A stretch of DNA of 64,000 nucleotides from Octopus vulgaris (GCA_951406725.2 OX597832.1:5766001-5830000); one strand, 5' to 3'; counted from the first letter of the stretch, positions 38,877 through 53,844 are shown. The notes: generated by a model from the sequence alone, not told the origin. Made by a program: numbers and translations.

Positions 38877-40093
38877 TTTTAAATAAAATAGTAATTTTCC
38901 CCTTTAAAAAAAAAAGTACCTGTGAATCAAAAAATACAAGGACTTCGGAAGTTATATCAATGACCAAGGGAAGAAAAAGAAAGCAAGTATAAAGGACAGC
39001 CAGCAGTAACTATGGTGACTCTTTGAAGTGTAAACATTTTCAATTTCATTTTTTTTTTCTTAAAGGGGTAAATGACTATTCTATTTATAATTTTTATCAT
39101 CTTAGTACAATACTGATGATGATGACAATGCTGCTGCTGATGATGATATACACATGTACACACAGTTCTGTTTACAAACTCAAAAGAGTACTCAATATAT
39201 GAGTATTTATTTGCTTATTAGGAGTCAGTTGGTGATTTACTTCCCTGTTAGCCAAAGCACCACGCATATTAACTCTTAGAGGTAATTCTGAACAAGTATA
39301 ATGTTAAATTGTGGCTAAATCTCTATCAAATCATTGAAAAAGAAAAATGCCCTGGACAAGAAGCCAATGATATACAAGCAGGCAGGGTGGTCATAGCTGC
39401 AACACCTTTTGGCATGCATCTTCACAATCAGGACTAACCTGAGGTTAAGTAATAACAAGTATAGAAGCCTCTATGCAGTTACTTAATCTTTTAGAAATAG
39501 CAGTCAAAGTCCAGTTAAAGCTCTATCATCATCATAATCAGCTTTTGATATCCATTTTCCATGCTGACATAGGTTGGATGGTCTGTTAGGATCCAAATGG
39601 TCATGTTTTCTATGGCTGATCCAACTGCATCATGTTCCAGTATTTGCTTTGGCATGGTTTCTATGGCTGTATGATCTTCATAGCATTCACCACTTTACAG
39701 AGTGTATTGGGTGCTTTTTTCATGGCACTATCACTTGTGAAGTCACCAGGCAGCTTGCAAGATTAAGTTCCCTTTTAACTGGGACAACAGTGAAGATGAA
39801 AAATGGTTATATGCTAGAAGATGAGTGATTAAAGTACAAGAGAAGGAGCCAGGAAAGAAGAGGCTCTGGCTACTCACATTATCAAAGAATGAGTAGAAGT
39901 AATTGGGTCAGAGCTGGAAAGAGAGATAAAAAAAATATGTCAGAGAATTTAATATCTAATACATGCCTGTTGCTAAGGGGGTGCTCTGGGTAGCACTGTT
40001 CCCCACCCCCACTATTCAATAGTGTACCTTCAGGTTTATGGTGATATACCTAATTTGAAACTCCACTTTAGCATCATTACAAATTACTGCCTA

Positions 40094-40491
40094 CCCAGAA
40101 TATTCTGAAGCACCCTCAGGCACCAAAGTCTGTTGATGGGCCTGATCTGATAATCAGAAAAGACAGACAGTCATTGACTTGAAAGTTTTGATAATGGTTC
40201 TGCTCAGTCAGTGTTGAGCTGGAGCTAAACAACATCTATGTTTCAAGTCAAAAAAAGAATTCTTTATATTACTTATTCTCAACCTTCCCTCTGTACCCAG
40301 AATATTCTTTTCAACCCTCAGGCATCAAAGTCTGGTAACGAGTCTGATCTGATAGTCAGAAAGACAGGCAGCTGTTGATTTGAAAGTTTTGACAATAGTT
40401 CTGCTCAGTGTTGAGCTGGGGCTAGACAACAACTATGTTTCAAGCCAACAAAGAATTCTTTACATTACTTACTCTCAGCCTTCCCTCTGTA
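40094..40491. repeat. Tandem duplication, 2 x ~200 bp
   Basis: CCCAGAATATTCT...CCTTCCCTCTGTA occurs twice with scattered differences. Confidence 0.9.
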
Positions 40492-42039
40492 ATTTACCTT
40501 CTCAGTTTCATGCATTTTACTCTTTGCCTCCTTACATCTATGTAAAAATATGCACTTAATAATCACAATCTACAAACGCCCAGGTCACTACAAGAAACAA
40601 AACAAAACAAAAACACTATTTTTAAGATAGCATGTTAGCATCACTTTATGTGTTTTAAAGTATTTTTCGTATTTCCTTATTTGTTCTTTACATTTTGTAA
40701 AGTCCCAAATCACCAATGCATCTACACTTTTGTAACCTTTGTTAACAACAAGTTACTTCTCATCCCACTCCCAGTAAAGAATAAACTGTGTGAAATGATT
40801 ATTAATTGTAGAATGGTAGTGAAACCCAACATTCTATACAGCTTCAAGGTGAAACAGGTCTTTCCCTTTTAGAAATTTAAGAGAGCTACAGAGTGTTAAT
40901 TCAATTAAGAAGGAATTTCATGACATGGGAATATTTGTTACAAGTTTTCTATTCAAATAAACAAGGTATATCTGTGCTGCGTACATTGTTAGTATTGGTT
41001 TATGTCCAAGAAATGTTGGTATTATCTAACAACACTCTTAATCTATTATAGTTACCAATCCTTCATAAAAATACTTCCACCTGCTTTTCTCATCCTGGGT
41101 TCAAATTTCACCCAAGTTGACTTTACTTCCTATCCTTCTAGGATCAATAAATTAAGTACGAGCAATTGGGTTGAAGTAATTCACTAACCCACCACCCCTA
41201 AAAAACTGCTGACCTTGTGCCAAAATTAGGGATCATTATTATAAACAGCAATAAATATGAGCTAATGTGGGAGCTCCCATTTCGTTGATCTGTTTGCTAG
41301 CAGTAGCAGCTAAATCTCACTCAAATCATTAATAATGGAAGGATACATCGAATAATGTAGGCCTAGATGCATTTTGGCTGAATAAAAGGTGGGATGGTCA
41401 CAGCTGGAAAAGCTTTAGTCAGAAGTCTGCTGGACAAACTATGAACTGGGGCTAAATAATAACAGTTTCATATTTTGCTGCTAGACCAGCAATTTTTAAT
41501 TTCAGCAGGAGGGGGCCTTAGCAAGTACATCAACTCTTGTACTTGGCTGGTACTTTATCTTATTGACACTGAAACAATGAAGGGCAAAGTCAATCTCAGC
41601 AACATTTGAACTCAGATGTTCAAATTTGATGCAGTTTTCTGTTCCCTTTCAGGCTCTACCCTAAAAAAAAAAAATTGTCAAATAATTATTTCTCAGGACA
41701 GAATGCTACAGATAATATCTTCCCATAAATGTTGTCATTTCCATAAAATATTCCCAAGAATTTTAATTAAACCTATATTATAAACATCACCTAATTAACC
41801 CAGAAGATTAAAACCTGCTATTGTTTTTAATTCATGCATACTTGACACATTAACTCTCAAGAACATTATTTTAGCTTATACTGTAAACAAGCAGTGATTT
41901 AAATAAGCCCTCTAGGGAAGGTTGGGAAAAAATTTCTCAATTGAAAGGGTAAAATGTAATAGTAGTCAGCTGCACTTTTAAAACTTAAGGCTCAGCTAAA
42001 ATACGGGCTAATATTGTTAGATATATCTCTGCAGTGTAC

Positions 42040-43000
42040 CTATTGTAGGCTATGGACACATAAGAGGCGCAACAGTATCACAGGAAGGTTAAAAGAGAAA
42101 GTAGTCTTTATATGAGGCAGATGTGCAGGTACATTAAACACCAGGAATGTACAAAAAAATAGATTCCCTCAAATGTCCTAAAGCATCCTTAAAAGTGCTA
42201 GACAGTTTTTGTTACTTAGGTGACCAAGTTAGTTCTGAAAGCATAGTTGTTAGAATAAGAACAGGTTGGGCAGAGTTCAGAGAACTGCTATATTTGCTGG
42301 TAACAAAGGGCCTCTCCCTCAGAGTGAAAAGCAGATTATATGATACCTGTGTATGAACAGCTATGCTATATGGCAGTGAGACATGGACTGTGACTACTGA
42401 GGATATGTGAAGGTTTCAAAGAAATGTAATCAACATGCTCTGCTGGATGGGTAATATCAGTGAGTGTGTATGTCAGATTGTAAGTGATTTGAGAGAAGCA
42501 TTGGGTACATGAGGCATTAGATGTAGTGTTCAAAAGAAAAGACTGTGCTGGTATAGTCAGTTGATGGGATGAAGTTGTGAGAAAGGAGAGAAAGGCCTTA
42601 CAGAGATGACAAGGGACCGAGACTGTTGGCTGTTTGCTGTGCTTGAGAAGATATGCCAAGCTAAGTAAAATTGTGGTTGTTTATGCATACAGGCATGTCC
42701 TCTACATCCCTCTCTCAACTAAGAGATCCTGGTCTTGCAGGCTTGTGGGTGTAAATTCACCCATGCCAGTGCTACATAAAAGCACCCATGCTGGGGTCAC
42801 ATAAAAGTGCCTGTGCCAGTCCCACAAAATCACTCAGTATTCTCTGTAAAGTGGTTGGCATTAGGAAGGCATGCGACTATAGAAACCATGCATAAACAGA
42901 CAAATGGAAGCTAGATAGCTCTTCAGCTGGCCATCTTCTGTCAAAGCGTCCAACCCATGCCAGCATGAAGAACAGACGTTAAAAGATGAGATGATGATGA
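42040..43000 (+). mobile_element. RTE-clade LINE 3' remnant
   Basis: VLDSFCYLGD...RIRTGWAEFREL...LSLRVKSRLYDTCV..MLYGSETW; (GAT)n tail near 42985-43000. Confidence 0.85.
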
Positions 43001-43761
43001 CACCGATAACCTCTGCCTATGCACTTGTGCTCTAGTGAATGAAGCAAAGAAATGCAAGATTAGAAAGCAAGAAACAGTGGAAATCTATGTCTAGTCATTA
43101 TTTTTGTATCGCTGTCAGGACAGAGGCATTAAAATTAAGTTCTAGCAGATTCAAACACAAATATGATAGTCCCAGTTGTGTATATCACAGAACAACTTCC
43201 TTTTATGATGACAGTGTGTTCATAATGCACTCAGCTCATTGGTACAAGGAATTCTAGGACAAAGGTGTTTTGACATGATGTGCTTCATCAGCCAGAATCA
43301 CCTGCTCTTTGAGCCTGTTCAAGCCATTGGCTTCGTTTATAGTTTCATCAGACAAAACTGTTCGCTGATTAACAAACTAGTGTAAGTCTTGCTCTGAACA
43401 CATGGGTATTTATCTTATGTTTAATCAACTTAAAAAAGTGTTAGCAATTGCCTTTGGGTACATAAGACAACAATACGAACAATGGCAGGTGCAAAGGGAT
43501 ATGTGTGTGGGGATTAATCCAACCTAGCTACAGTGCTTACCTTCATCTCATGTAAATGAAAACCTAAAAAATTGTTTTCATGTTTCATTGATAATGATGA
43601 TGATGACGACAATGATGATGATGATGATGATGATGTTGATGATGATGATGATGACGACTGCAACAGTGATGACAATATATCACGGTTTTAATTTTTGTGC
43701 TTTATGGTATTTAAGTTACTTTCAGGCATTATTATCATTATCCTTATTATTATTATTATTA

Positions 43762-44293
43762 TTGAGTGAGAGAGCAGTTCATGCCATCAAAGTGACACTG
43801 GGGTAAAATATACGAAGCCCAATATACCCATCATGACTACCCGTCTGATAAAGGTACACCAGGCACATGCATCACAACCATATGTGCGCGACATGGTAAT
43901 CTCATATCAAGATAAACAGCACATGACCTTGCAGGTGGGGCCCAGTTAGAATTTTCTTCAGGTTGAGTAGCCCATCCCGCTCAAACGGTCCCTGAATAAG
44001 GGTTGTTTAAGGATGTTGAAAGAACCACCCATGTTTCCAGAGGTGAACTATTCAAACCCCAAAGAATCCCTCTCAACACATGGCTATGATGCTCCCCCAC
44101 TACTTCTGCTCGTGATCAGAGATGCACATATTGTCAGCCACTAAGGGACATGCTCAACTGGTTAAGGTCAAACAACTGACAAACAAATCTGTGGTATTGA
44201 GCAGAATATTTGCTGTAGCCCATCTTTTATACCAAGACAAAACAATGTACATGATAACACTTCCAATCAGTTAAGATCAGAAGCCATGAGAGC
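43762..44293 (-). mobile_element. (TAA)n-embedded retroelement 3' end, copy 1
   Basis: Near-identical to 55700-56191 and 54914-55251; flanked by (TTA)n on both sides; partial extra copy at ~44520-44650. Confidence 0.85.
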
Positions 44294-44327
<34 letters not shown>

Positions 44328-44384
44328 CATCATCATCATCATCATCATCATCACCATCATCATCATTATTATTGTTATCAATCA

Positions 44385-44492
<108 letters not shown>

Positions 44493-45081
44493 GGATGGCA
44501 AGCTGGCAGAATCGTTAGCATGCTAGGGCAAGATGCTTAGCAGAATATTTGCTATAGCCCATCTTTTACACCAAGACAAAATCATGTACATAATAACACT
44601 TCCAATCAGTTAAAATCAGAAGCCATGTGAGTCACTGCCTGGTACTGTATTTGGAAAGTCAGTAACATAACAATAGAATTATTTAAATCCATGTATTTGT
44701 TAATTCTGTAATAAACTTAGGAAAGCAGTAGAATCCAATGAAGCTAGTTTTGAAACTAACATTGGTAAATGATAAGTATGATGAAGTGGTTCTACCTGAA
44801 ACATCAAGTATCTTCTCTTCCTCTTGTAAACTAACTTATTTTATTATATCATTATTTTTTCTTTTACTAGTTTCACTTAGTTGAACAGATTGAACCCAGT
44901 ACTAATTTTTCAAAACTTGGTACCTATTCCATCAGTTTTTTGCCATACTGCCAAGTTACAGGGATGTAAACAAACCAACACTAGTTGTTAAGCAGTGGTG
45001 GCAGACAAACATGAGCACGAAGGCACACACATGGACACACACCTTCACATACATCTACACACACACACACACTTTTATTTT

Positions 45082-45480
45082 TATTCTTTCACTTGTTTCA
45101 GTCATTTGATTATGGCCATGATGGAGCACTGCCCTGTGGGGTTTTAGTTGAAGAAATCGACCCCAAGACTTATATTTTAAGCCATGTACTCTATCAGTCT
45201 CTTTTGCTGAACTACTAAGTTACGGTAACATAAACACACCAACACCAGTTGTCAAATGGTGATGGGGGACAAACACAGATACAAAGACACACAGACACAT
45301 AGATGTCTACATATACATACAACAGGCTTCTTTCAGTTTCTGTCAACCAAATCCACTCACGAGACTTTGGTTGGCCTGAGGTTACAGTAGAAAACAGTTG
45401 CTCAAGGTGCCACACAGTGGGACTGAACCCAGAACTATATGGTTGGAAGCAAGCTTCTTATAAAGTGACGCCTGTGCCTA
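45082..45480 (-). mobile_element. Family A SINE (further copies at 48072-48473, 48495-48880, 50020-50530, 50866-51260, 52337-52788, 59445-59868)
   Basis: Shared head, central block and tail as for 4681-5069. Confidence 0.88.
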
Positions 45481-45536
45481 TAAAGCCATTCCTATGCCTA
45501 TACCTACAAAGCCACGCCTGCACATATATGTATATA

Positions 45537-46161
45537 TCTATATACATAAATGTGTAATGGTGTCTGTCTGTGTGTATGTGTTTGGGGTTACTCTAACTCC
45601 TCCCACACTGTCCAACCGATTTTAATGATTTTTGGCGCATAGGTAGATCACATACCCTGAAGTTCAAATAAGACCAGAAATTTTTCGAAAACTCCATAAG
45701 GCTCAGTTGGCATCGATTTTTGTGAGCTCAATCGGGCATTTGAATGGAAATTCCCATAACAATGTTATTTTTCCTACAACTTTTGCATTTTTTGTCTGAT
45801 TTTGATGAAAATCAATGAGTGAGTGAGGCTCATGGCAGTGAGTTGATGTCAGTATATGGCATTGACAAAAAATCGATAATTACGCCTGGGCAGTGGTTTT
45901 ATAAAATCAATAGGCGTTTTTCAAGCAAATACCCATAGGGATTTTATTTTTGGCCATAACTTTTATATTTTTTATCCAATTTTAATGAAAATTGAGATTT
46001 AGATAAATTTTGTGGTAGGGGAGACAGTAAATGTTTTAATTTAATTCCAGAGCTGGCATCAACTAATTGACATGAACTGTAATCACATGTAAAATTTCAA
46101 TAGTCAGAAGTGGACTTAACTTCAACATGGAAAACATGAGCAATGTCGGGTGCAACAGCTA

Positions 46162-46162
<1 letters not shown>
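45537..46162 (+). mobile_element. Non-autonomous Helitron (626 bp)
   Basis: 5' A|TCTATATACATAAATG..TGTCTGTCTG; 3' degenerate hairpin then CAACAG-CTAG|T; inserted in (TA)n without TSD. Confidence 0.8.
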
Positions 46163-46207
<45 letters not shown>

Positions 46208-46437
46208 GGTTTCTTTCAGTTTCTGTCTACCAAATCCATTCACAAAACTTTGGTCAGCCCTGAGGCAAGTAGAAAATACTTGCTACACAGTGGGATTGTG
46301 CTACAAAGTGCTACTCAGTGGGATTGAATTCAAGGCCATATGGTTTGGAAAGCAAGCTTCTTAACCACACAGCCATATCTGCAAAGTTTTTATAATAAAC
46401 TCAGATCTTTTGACAGTGAATGTTTCAAAGAAACTAT

Positions 46438-46820
46438 GGATGGAAGCACTCCGTCGGTTACGACGACGAGGGTTCGGTTGATCTGATCAACGGAACAGCC
46501 TGCTCGTGAAATTAACGTGTAAGTCGCTGAGCACTCCACAGACACGTGTACCCTTAACGTAGTTCTCAGGGATATTCAGCATGACACAGAGAGTGACAAG
46601 GCCGGCCCTTTGAAATACAGGTACAACAGAAACAGGAAGTAAGAGTGAGAGAAAGTTGTGGTGAAAGAGTACAGCAGGGATCACCACCATTCCTACCGGA
46701 GCCTCGTGGAGCTTTAGGTGTTTTCGCTCAATAAACACTCATAACGCCCGGTCTGGGAATCGAAACCGCGATCCTACGACCGCGAGTCCACTGCCCTAAC
46801 CACTGGGCCATTGCGCCTCC
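46438..46820 (-). mobile_element. Young tRNA-derived SINE, family C, with 13-bp TSD
   Basis: Head GGAGGCGCAATGGCCCAGTGGTTAGGGC...GGTTTCGATTCCC; TSD TCAAAGAAACTAT at 46425-46437 and 46821-46833. Confidence 0.92.
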
Positions 46821-47787
46821 TCAAAGAAACTATACACATCAGAACTTAAGTTATGAATCATTGTAAGCTGTAACATGTATTGTCATATGTTTTCTCAGCC
46901 TTTTATATCAAATTTGAATGCTTTATTCATTATAAATTGCTATTTTGATATCGTTTTTATGCTACTTCTTTTCAGAAAAATGTTCTATTCACATCTAGCA
47001 AGATTGGTTATTATTTAAGTGACTAATTTTTTTTCTTATATTCATAAACAAGTATGTTACATAGCATAAACTACTGTATAATAGCTCAGTTCTAGTTAGT
47101 ATTACTTGTTAGTATTACTAGTTAAAGTGTTAAGCCTGTGTTAATCATTTGCTTTTACAAGTCAGAGTGACTAAACCTAGTCATTTCTCTAGTTCTATGC
47201 AAAGATGTTATTTCATATTGCTTATTGGTTAGCACTTGTTTGAGTTCTAAAATTTGTTGGTCATTGATTACCACTAAAAGGGTTCATAATCTTTGTTATT
47301 CAACTCAGTGACTTTGAAATATTAATCTATGTTGGTCATTATTTGGTTCAAAATATTATGATATCACACAGAAATATTTCATAAACCCAGCATTAGAAAT
47401 TGTCTCAACAAATTCTCTACCATCTTGAAAAAAAAGGACCATATGCTTTAAGCCCTCAATCTTAAAACTGTAAGCCTTGATCTCCCTCTTCCTTCTATAC
47501 CTCCTCCTCCTCACCACCACCACTACCGCCACCACCACCACCACCACTACTGTTGTCATCATTTTAACTTCCACTTTTTCACGCTTGCATGGATCAGACT
47601 GAATTTGTTGAGGTAGATTTTCTATGGTTGGATGCCCTTCCTGTCACTTGTTTCCAAGCAGGGTAACATTTCTTTGTGGAGGGACATGTTTTCATGGAAG
47701 ACTGGAAATGAGGGACTCTATTACATATATGAAGAGCACACTTGCTTGTAACTATACTCTAATGTCAAGACATGGCAACACACACAC

Positions 47788-47820
<33 letters not shown>

Positions 47821-48917
47821 CACACACACACACACACACACATATACACAGACACATCTAAATGCACTTGGAACATCTAACACTGTGTTCTAAATAAATG
47901 CAGTGTGGAAACATATGTATGAATTGAATATTTATACTGGCATTTATCTTAATTTCCACTACTTATGCTCTGTATATCATAACAGGTAATATTGTTAAGT
48001 ACAGAATTAGACTAATCACCATTCAGGAAGCTGACACGATAATCATAATCTACATGGGGGCTCTTAATCATACACTCTTTTACTCTTTTACTTGTTTCAG
48101 TCATTTGACTGTAGCCATGGTGGAGCACCGCCATTAGTTGAGCAAATTGACCCAGGAATTATTCTTTGTAAGCCTAGTACTTATTCGATTGGTCTCTTTT
48201 GCTGAACTGCTAAGTTACGGGTTCGTAAACACACCAGCATCGGGTGTCAAGCGATGTTGGAGGGACAAACACAGACATACAAACATATACGCACACATAT
48301 ATACATATATACGACAGGTTTCTTTCAGTTTCCGTCTACCAAATCCACTCACAAAGCTTTGGTCAGCCGAGGCTATAGTTGACGGCACTTTCCCAAGGTG
48401 CCACATTGTGGGACTGAACCCAGAACCACGTGGTTCATAAACAAGCTACTTACCACACAGCCACTACTACACCTACAGTAACTTTTGCCTTTGGCACTTG
48501 TTTCAGTCATTAGATTGTGGTCATACTGGGGCACTACCTTGAAGAATTTTAGTTGAACTAATTGATTGGAGTACTTAGTTTCTTTTTAAACGCAATACTT
48601 ATTCTATCTGTTTTGCTGAATCGTTAAGTTATGGGGACATAAACACACCGGCGCTGGTTGTCAAGCATGGGGATGGGAGAGGGTGGCAAACACAGACTGA
48701 AGGACACACACACACATGACAGGCTTCTTGCACTTTCTGTCTACTAAATCTACTCATAAAGCTTTGGTTAGCTTGAGGCTATAGCAGAAGACACTTGCCT
48801 GAGATACCAAGCAGTGGGACTGAAACTGGCACCATGTGATTGTTAAGCAAACTTGTTAAACAGACAACTATGCCTGTGCCTTTATCTCCCTCCTATGTGT
48901 GTGTGTATGTATATATA

Positions 48918-49097
48918 TATTTCTTTACTACCCACAAGGGGCTAAATACAGAGAGGACAAACAAGGACAGACAAAGGGATTAAGTCGATTGCATCGATCC
49001 CAGTGCGCAACTGGTACTTAATTTATCGACCCCGAAAGGATGAAAGGCAAAGTCGACCTCGGCAGAATTTGAACTCAGAACGTAACGGCAGACGAAA
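48918..49097 (-). mobile_element. Family B SINE, 5'-truncated (complete copy at 61070-61300)
   Basis: Reverse complement of the body of 34666-34887. Confidence 0.88.
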
Positions 49098-49588
49098 TAT
49101 ATATATATATATATATACTACTACTACTACTAATATAGGATAAAATTTTTTTCAGAAAATAATTTCATCAAAGGTGGCAGCATATTAAAATACCTTTAAA
49201 GGTTAAAATTATAAACAACTTATAAACAAGGGCAAAAGAAACTTTATTTCTATGCCAATATGCTGATAACAGACTTTAAATTGTCAATTTCCACATTTCA
49301 TTATGCATTCACTATAAATACATGTTGTGCTGAAATCGAGGAAAGCTAGCCAATAGAACTTTTTTTAAAAGTTCGTTATTTCTATATTGAATCAATTTCA
49401 GAATTAATCGATAAGAAATAAATGAAATACTTATACGCACCCATGGAAAAAAGCATAAGCAAGAGTCACGAGTACTCACAAGTACCCCAGTTATATCTAA
49501 ATGTAAAATCCTTTAGCCAGCCTCAGCACATGTGTGAACTATTCTGGGTGGATATAAGTATTTCATTTATTTCTTATCGTACAGGAAC

Positions 49589-49642
49589 AGATGCAATTTT
49601 ATGTGTGTGTGTATACATACACACACACATAAAATTGCATCT
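49589..49642. repeat. Perfect 26-bp inverted repeat with 2-nt spacer
   Basis: AGATGCAATTTTATGTGTGTGTGTAT-AC-ATACACACACACATAAAATTGCATCT. Confidence 0.93.
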
Positions 49643-50256
49643 AAATTTGAAACCATACAGTTGCAAAGCAGGCTTCTTAACCACGCACCCATGGCATATG
49701 TGTGTGTGAGTGTGCATATATATCTATGTGTGTCTTTATGTATATGTATATTTATATATGTGTGTGTGGGTGGGTATGTGATATACATATGTATACGTGC
49801 AGACATGTGTGCATAATTGCATATATGTGTAAGCATTCATGAATGATTACATTCCACTTGTTTTCATATGTCATAGTTGAGCATAACAGTGATGTCATTT
49901 TTACATTTTCCTTGAACAATATGTCCTGTAGTTGTTCTACACTTGTGAAGGGAAGTTAAATAAATGGAAGAGATTTCTTACTCAAAAAACAAGTGAGGAT
50001 TGATGACAGGGAGGGCATGCATACTCTTTTACTTGTTTCAGTCATTAGACTGCAGCCATGCTGGGGCGCTGCTTTAAAGAATTTTTAGTTGAATGAATCA
50101 ACCCCAGTATTTTATTTTTGAATTTTTTCAAAGCCTGTTTCTTATTCTATCAGACTCTGTTACTGAATCGCTAAGTTACCAGGATGTTAATCCACCAATA
50201 CCAATGGTCAAGTGGTAGTGGAGGACAAACACAGCCCTCTCTCTTTCTCTCTCCCC

Positions 50257-50333
<77 letters not shown>

Positions 50334-51070
50334 TATGTTTATATACACACACACACATGACAGGTTTCCTTCAGTTTATGTCTCCCAATTCCAAATCCAC
50401 TCAGAAGGCTTTGGTTAACCTGGAGCTATAGTAGAAGACACTAGCCCAAAAGATGCCACACAGTGGGACTGAACCTCTGAACCATCTCATTGGGAAGTGA
50501 CCTTCTTACCACACAGCCATGCCTGCACCTATGTAAAATATTGCCTATAGGCAATGCTTGGCCAAGATACTAAGTAGTGTAATCAAACTTCTTAATTACA
50601 TGTCTATTACCCATACCACATTGTTATTGCTAGAATCGTTTTTACAAATTCCGCTGAGGTTGAATTTTCCTTTCATCCTTCAGGGATTGATAAAATAAAT
50701 ATCAGTTGAAAACTGGGATCGATGTAATCAACTTAACCCCTCTCCTGAAACTGTTGGCCTTGTGCCAAAATTTGAAACCAATGCTATTATTACAGCCATC
50801 GTATAAGGCAGTGAGCTGGCAGAATCATTAGCACACTGGGAAAAATGCTTAGTGGCATTCCATCTCTCTTTTACTCTTTTACTTGTTTCAGTCATTTGAC
50901 TGTGGCCATGCTGGAGCACCACCTTTAGTCAAGCAAATCAACCCCAGGACTTATCCTTTGTAAGCCCAGCGCTTATTCTATCAGTCTCTTTTGCCGAACC
51001 ACTAAGTTACAGGGACGTAAACACACCAGCATTGGTTGTCAAGCGATGTTGTGGGGTGGGACAAAAACAG

Positions 51071-51102
<32 letters not shown>

Positions 51103-52559
51103 GATGGGCTTCTTTCAGTTTCTGTCTACTAAATCCACTCACAAGGCTTTGGTCAGCCCCGAGGCTATAGTAGAAGACACTTGCCCAAGGTGCCACGTAA
51201 TGGGACTGAACCTGGAACCATGTAGTTGGTAAACAACCTACTTATCACACAGCCACTCTCTCTTTACATTCTGAGTTTAAATACCACCAATACTGACTTT
51301 ACCTTTCATCCTTTTGGGGTTGGTAAAATAAGTACCAGTTGAACACTGGGGGTCAATCTAATTGACTTATGTCCTTCTCCGAACTTGCTGTCCTTATGCC
51401 AAAATGTGAAACCATTATTACTACCAGCATCATTATCAGCACTTCATTAGTGATGTCACTATGACCATTAACCTTATTGTAATCACTAAGACTGTCATTG
51501 TCTCTATACTGGTTAGAACCATCATTAAATCATTGCTATTATTTCCCTGATAATAAAGGATGTGAGATGGCAGAATCATTAGTACATTGTATAAAATACA
51601 TAACAGCATTTCTTGCAGCTCATTCTGTTCAGAATTGAAAATTCACCAAGACTGACTTTGCCTTTCATCCCTTAGGGGTCGATAGAGTAATTACCAGTTG
51701 AGCAATGGGGTCAACGTAATTGATTAATCCCTACCTGCTAAAAATTTCAAGCTTTGTGCTTGATAGAGAAATAATTATTTTTCTGACTATCATTGTCATT
51801 ATCACAGTTGTTGCTTAGCAACTGAACTACTCTGAATGACCAATTTGCCATAAAAGTCATTCCAGTTATGAATATTCTACAAGCGTCTGATTTAGGTGAA
51901 AGTTTTGAAGTTAACCTCCCAACAATAGCATTATTACCATTTTTTTTGTTTTTTTGGGTGGTTTACTTTCAGCTTGGCATTCATTAACTCTAGTTTCCAG
52001 CCCCTTTACTGTCCACTGTGTTCCTCAGTTCCTCAGAGCACAAGACTGGTCAATGATAACTGTGTTCCTCTGTTATCATTGACCAGTCTAGTGCTCTTTT
52101 TTTATTCCTTTCCTGACCCAGTGTACCTTGGGACACAACATCAAATCTGCCCTAATATTGATTTCAAATTTTATCAGCAAATCAAATGCATATATAAGTT
52201 GATTATATTGACCTTAGTACTCACCTGGTTCTTATTTTATCGACCCTGAAAGGTTGAAGGGTAAAGCTGACCTCAGTGAAATTTGAACTCAGAACGTGAA
52301 GTCGGATGAAATACTGCTAAGTCTTTTGCCCAGCATACTCTTTTTACTCTTTTACTTGTTTCAGTCATTTGACTGTGGCCATGCTGGAGCGCCGCCTTTA
52401 GTCAAGCAAATCGACCCCAGGACTTATTCTTTGTAAACCTGGTACTTATTCTATCAGTCTCTTTTGCCGAACCGCTAAGTTACGGGGATGTAAACACACC
52501 AGCGTCGGTTGTCAAGCAATGTTGGGGGGACAAATACAGACACACAAACATACACACAT

Positions 52560-52611
<52 letters not shown>

Positions 52612-53799
52612 GTATATATACATATATATGATGGGCTTCTTTCAGTTTCCATCTACCAAATCCACTCACAAGGCTTTGGTCGGCCTGAGGCTATAGTAGA
52701 AGACACTTGCCCAAGATGCCACGCAGTGGAACTGAACCTGGAACCATGTGGTTTGTAAGCAAGCAACTTACCACACAGCCACTCCTACAGTTAGCATACT
52801 AACTATTCTGCCAGCTTGCTGCCTTAATCTGTCCTAATATTAAGATAGTAGTAAGGTGGCAATGCCAGCAGAATCATTAGGACATTAGGCAAGATGCTTA
52901 GCAACATTTCATCCATCTTCACATTCTGAGTTCAAATTCTGCTGAGGTCAACTTTGCCTGTCATTTTTTGGCGGTTGATAAAATAAGTACCAGCTGATCA
53001 TTGGAGACAATATAATTGACTTAACCTGCCACTGAAACTGCTGGCCTAGTGCCAAAATTTCAAACTAATATTAAGATAATAGGGTGTGGTTTGAGGGAGA
53101 TTTGGTTATTTTTGCTTGTGGAGTGGCCACATAGAGGTTCCAGTATTGGCTTCTCGTGGTCTCAATTTTTACAAATGAGGTTTTCATTGCTCTCAACAGT
53201 TATCTTCTTCAAGTATTCCACCCCAACATTACCTCCTCCATCCTCGACCACCACTGCTGACACAATCATGATTGTCATTGTCATTTATTTCTTACTCATT
53301 CAACTCTTTGGACTATGGCCATGCTGGGGTACTGCCTTGAAGGGTTTAATTGAAAAGATCAACCCCCATTGCTATTTTTCTTTTCCAAGCCCAGAACTTA
53401 TTCTATCATTCTCTTTTGTTGAACTGCTAAGTTGGGATTATAAACAAACCAACATCGATTGTCAAATGATGGTGGTGGACAAACACAAACATGGACAGAC
53501 ATACATAGATAGTTATATACATTATATATATATATATCATAGACATTATGGTTTCAAAGCCATGAGAATTAATTTGCTAGATGGAAACTGAAAGAAGTCC
53601 ATTGTATATAAAAATGTGTGTATATATGTATATATATGTATGTAGCAAATGAAAGACAGAAGATGGAATATACAAGAATTTATTGATCACAACAACTGCT
53701 TCAACACATCTAGCATCAATTCCTCTTGGGTGGGACACTCAACAACTGGTTCAGGAGCATAAATTCTCGTATATTCCACCTTCCGTATATATATATATG

Positions 53800-53844
<45 letters not shown>

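Noticed and set aside
46745-46820. tRNA-like sequence on the minus strand
   Set aside because: It is the head of a 383-bp SINE bounded by a 13-bp TSD; the acceptor and anticodon stems are imperfect.
53049-53591. 180-aa ORF
   Set aside because: Runs through fragments of family B and family A SINEs; no coding signature.
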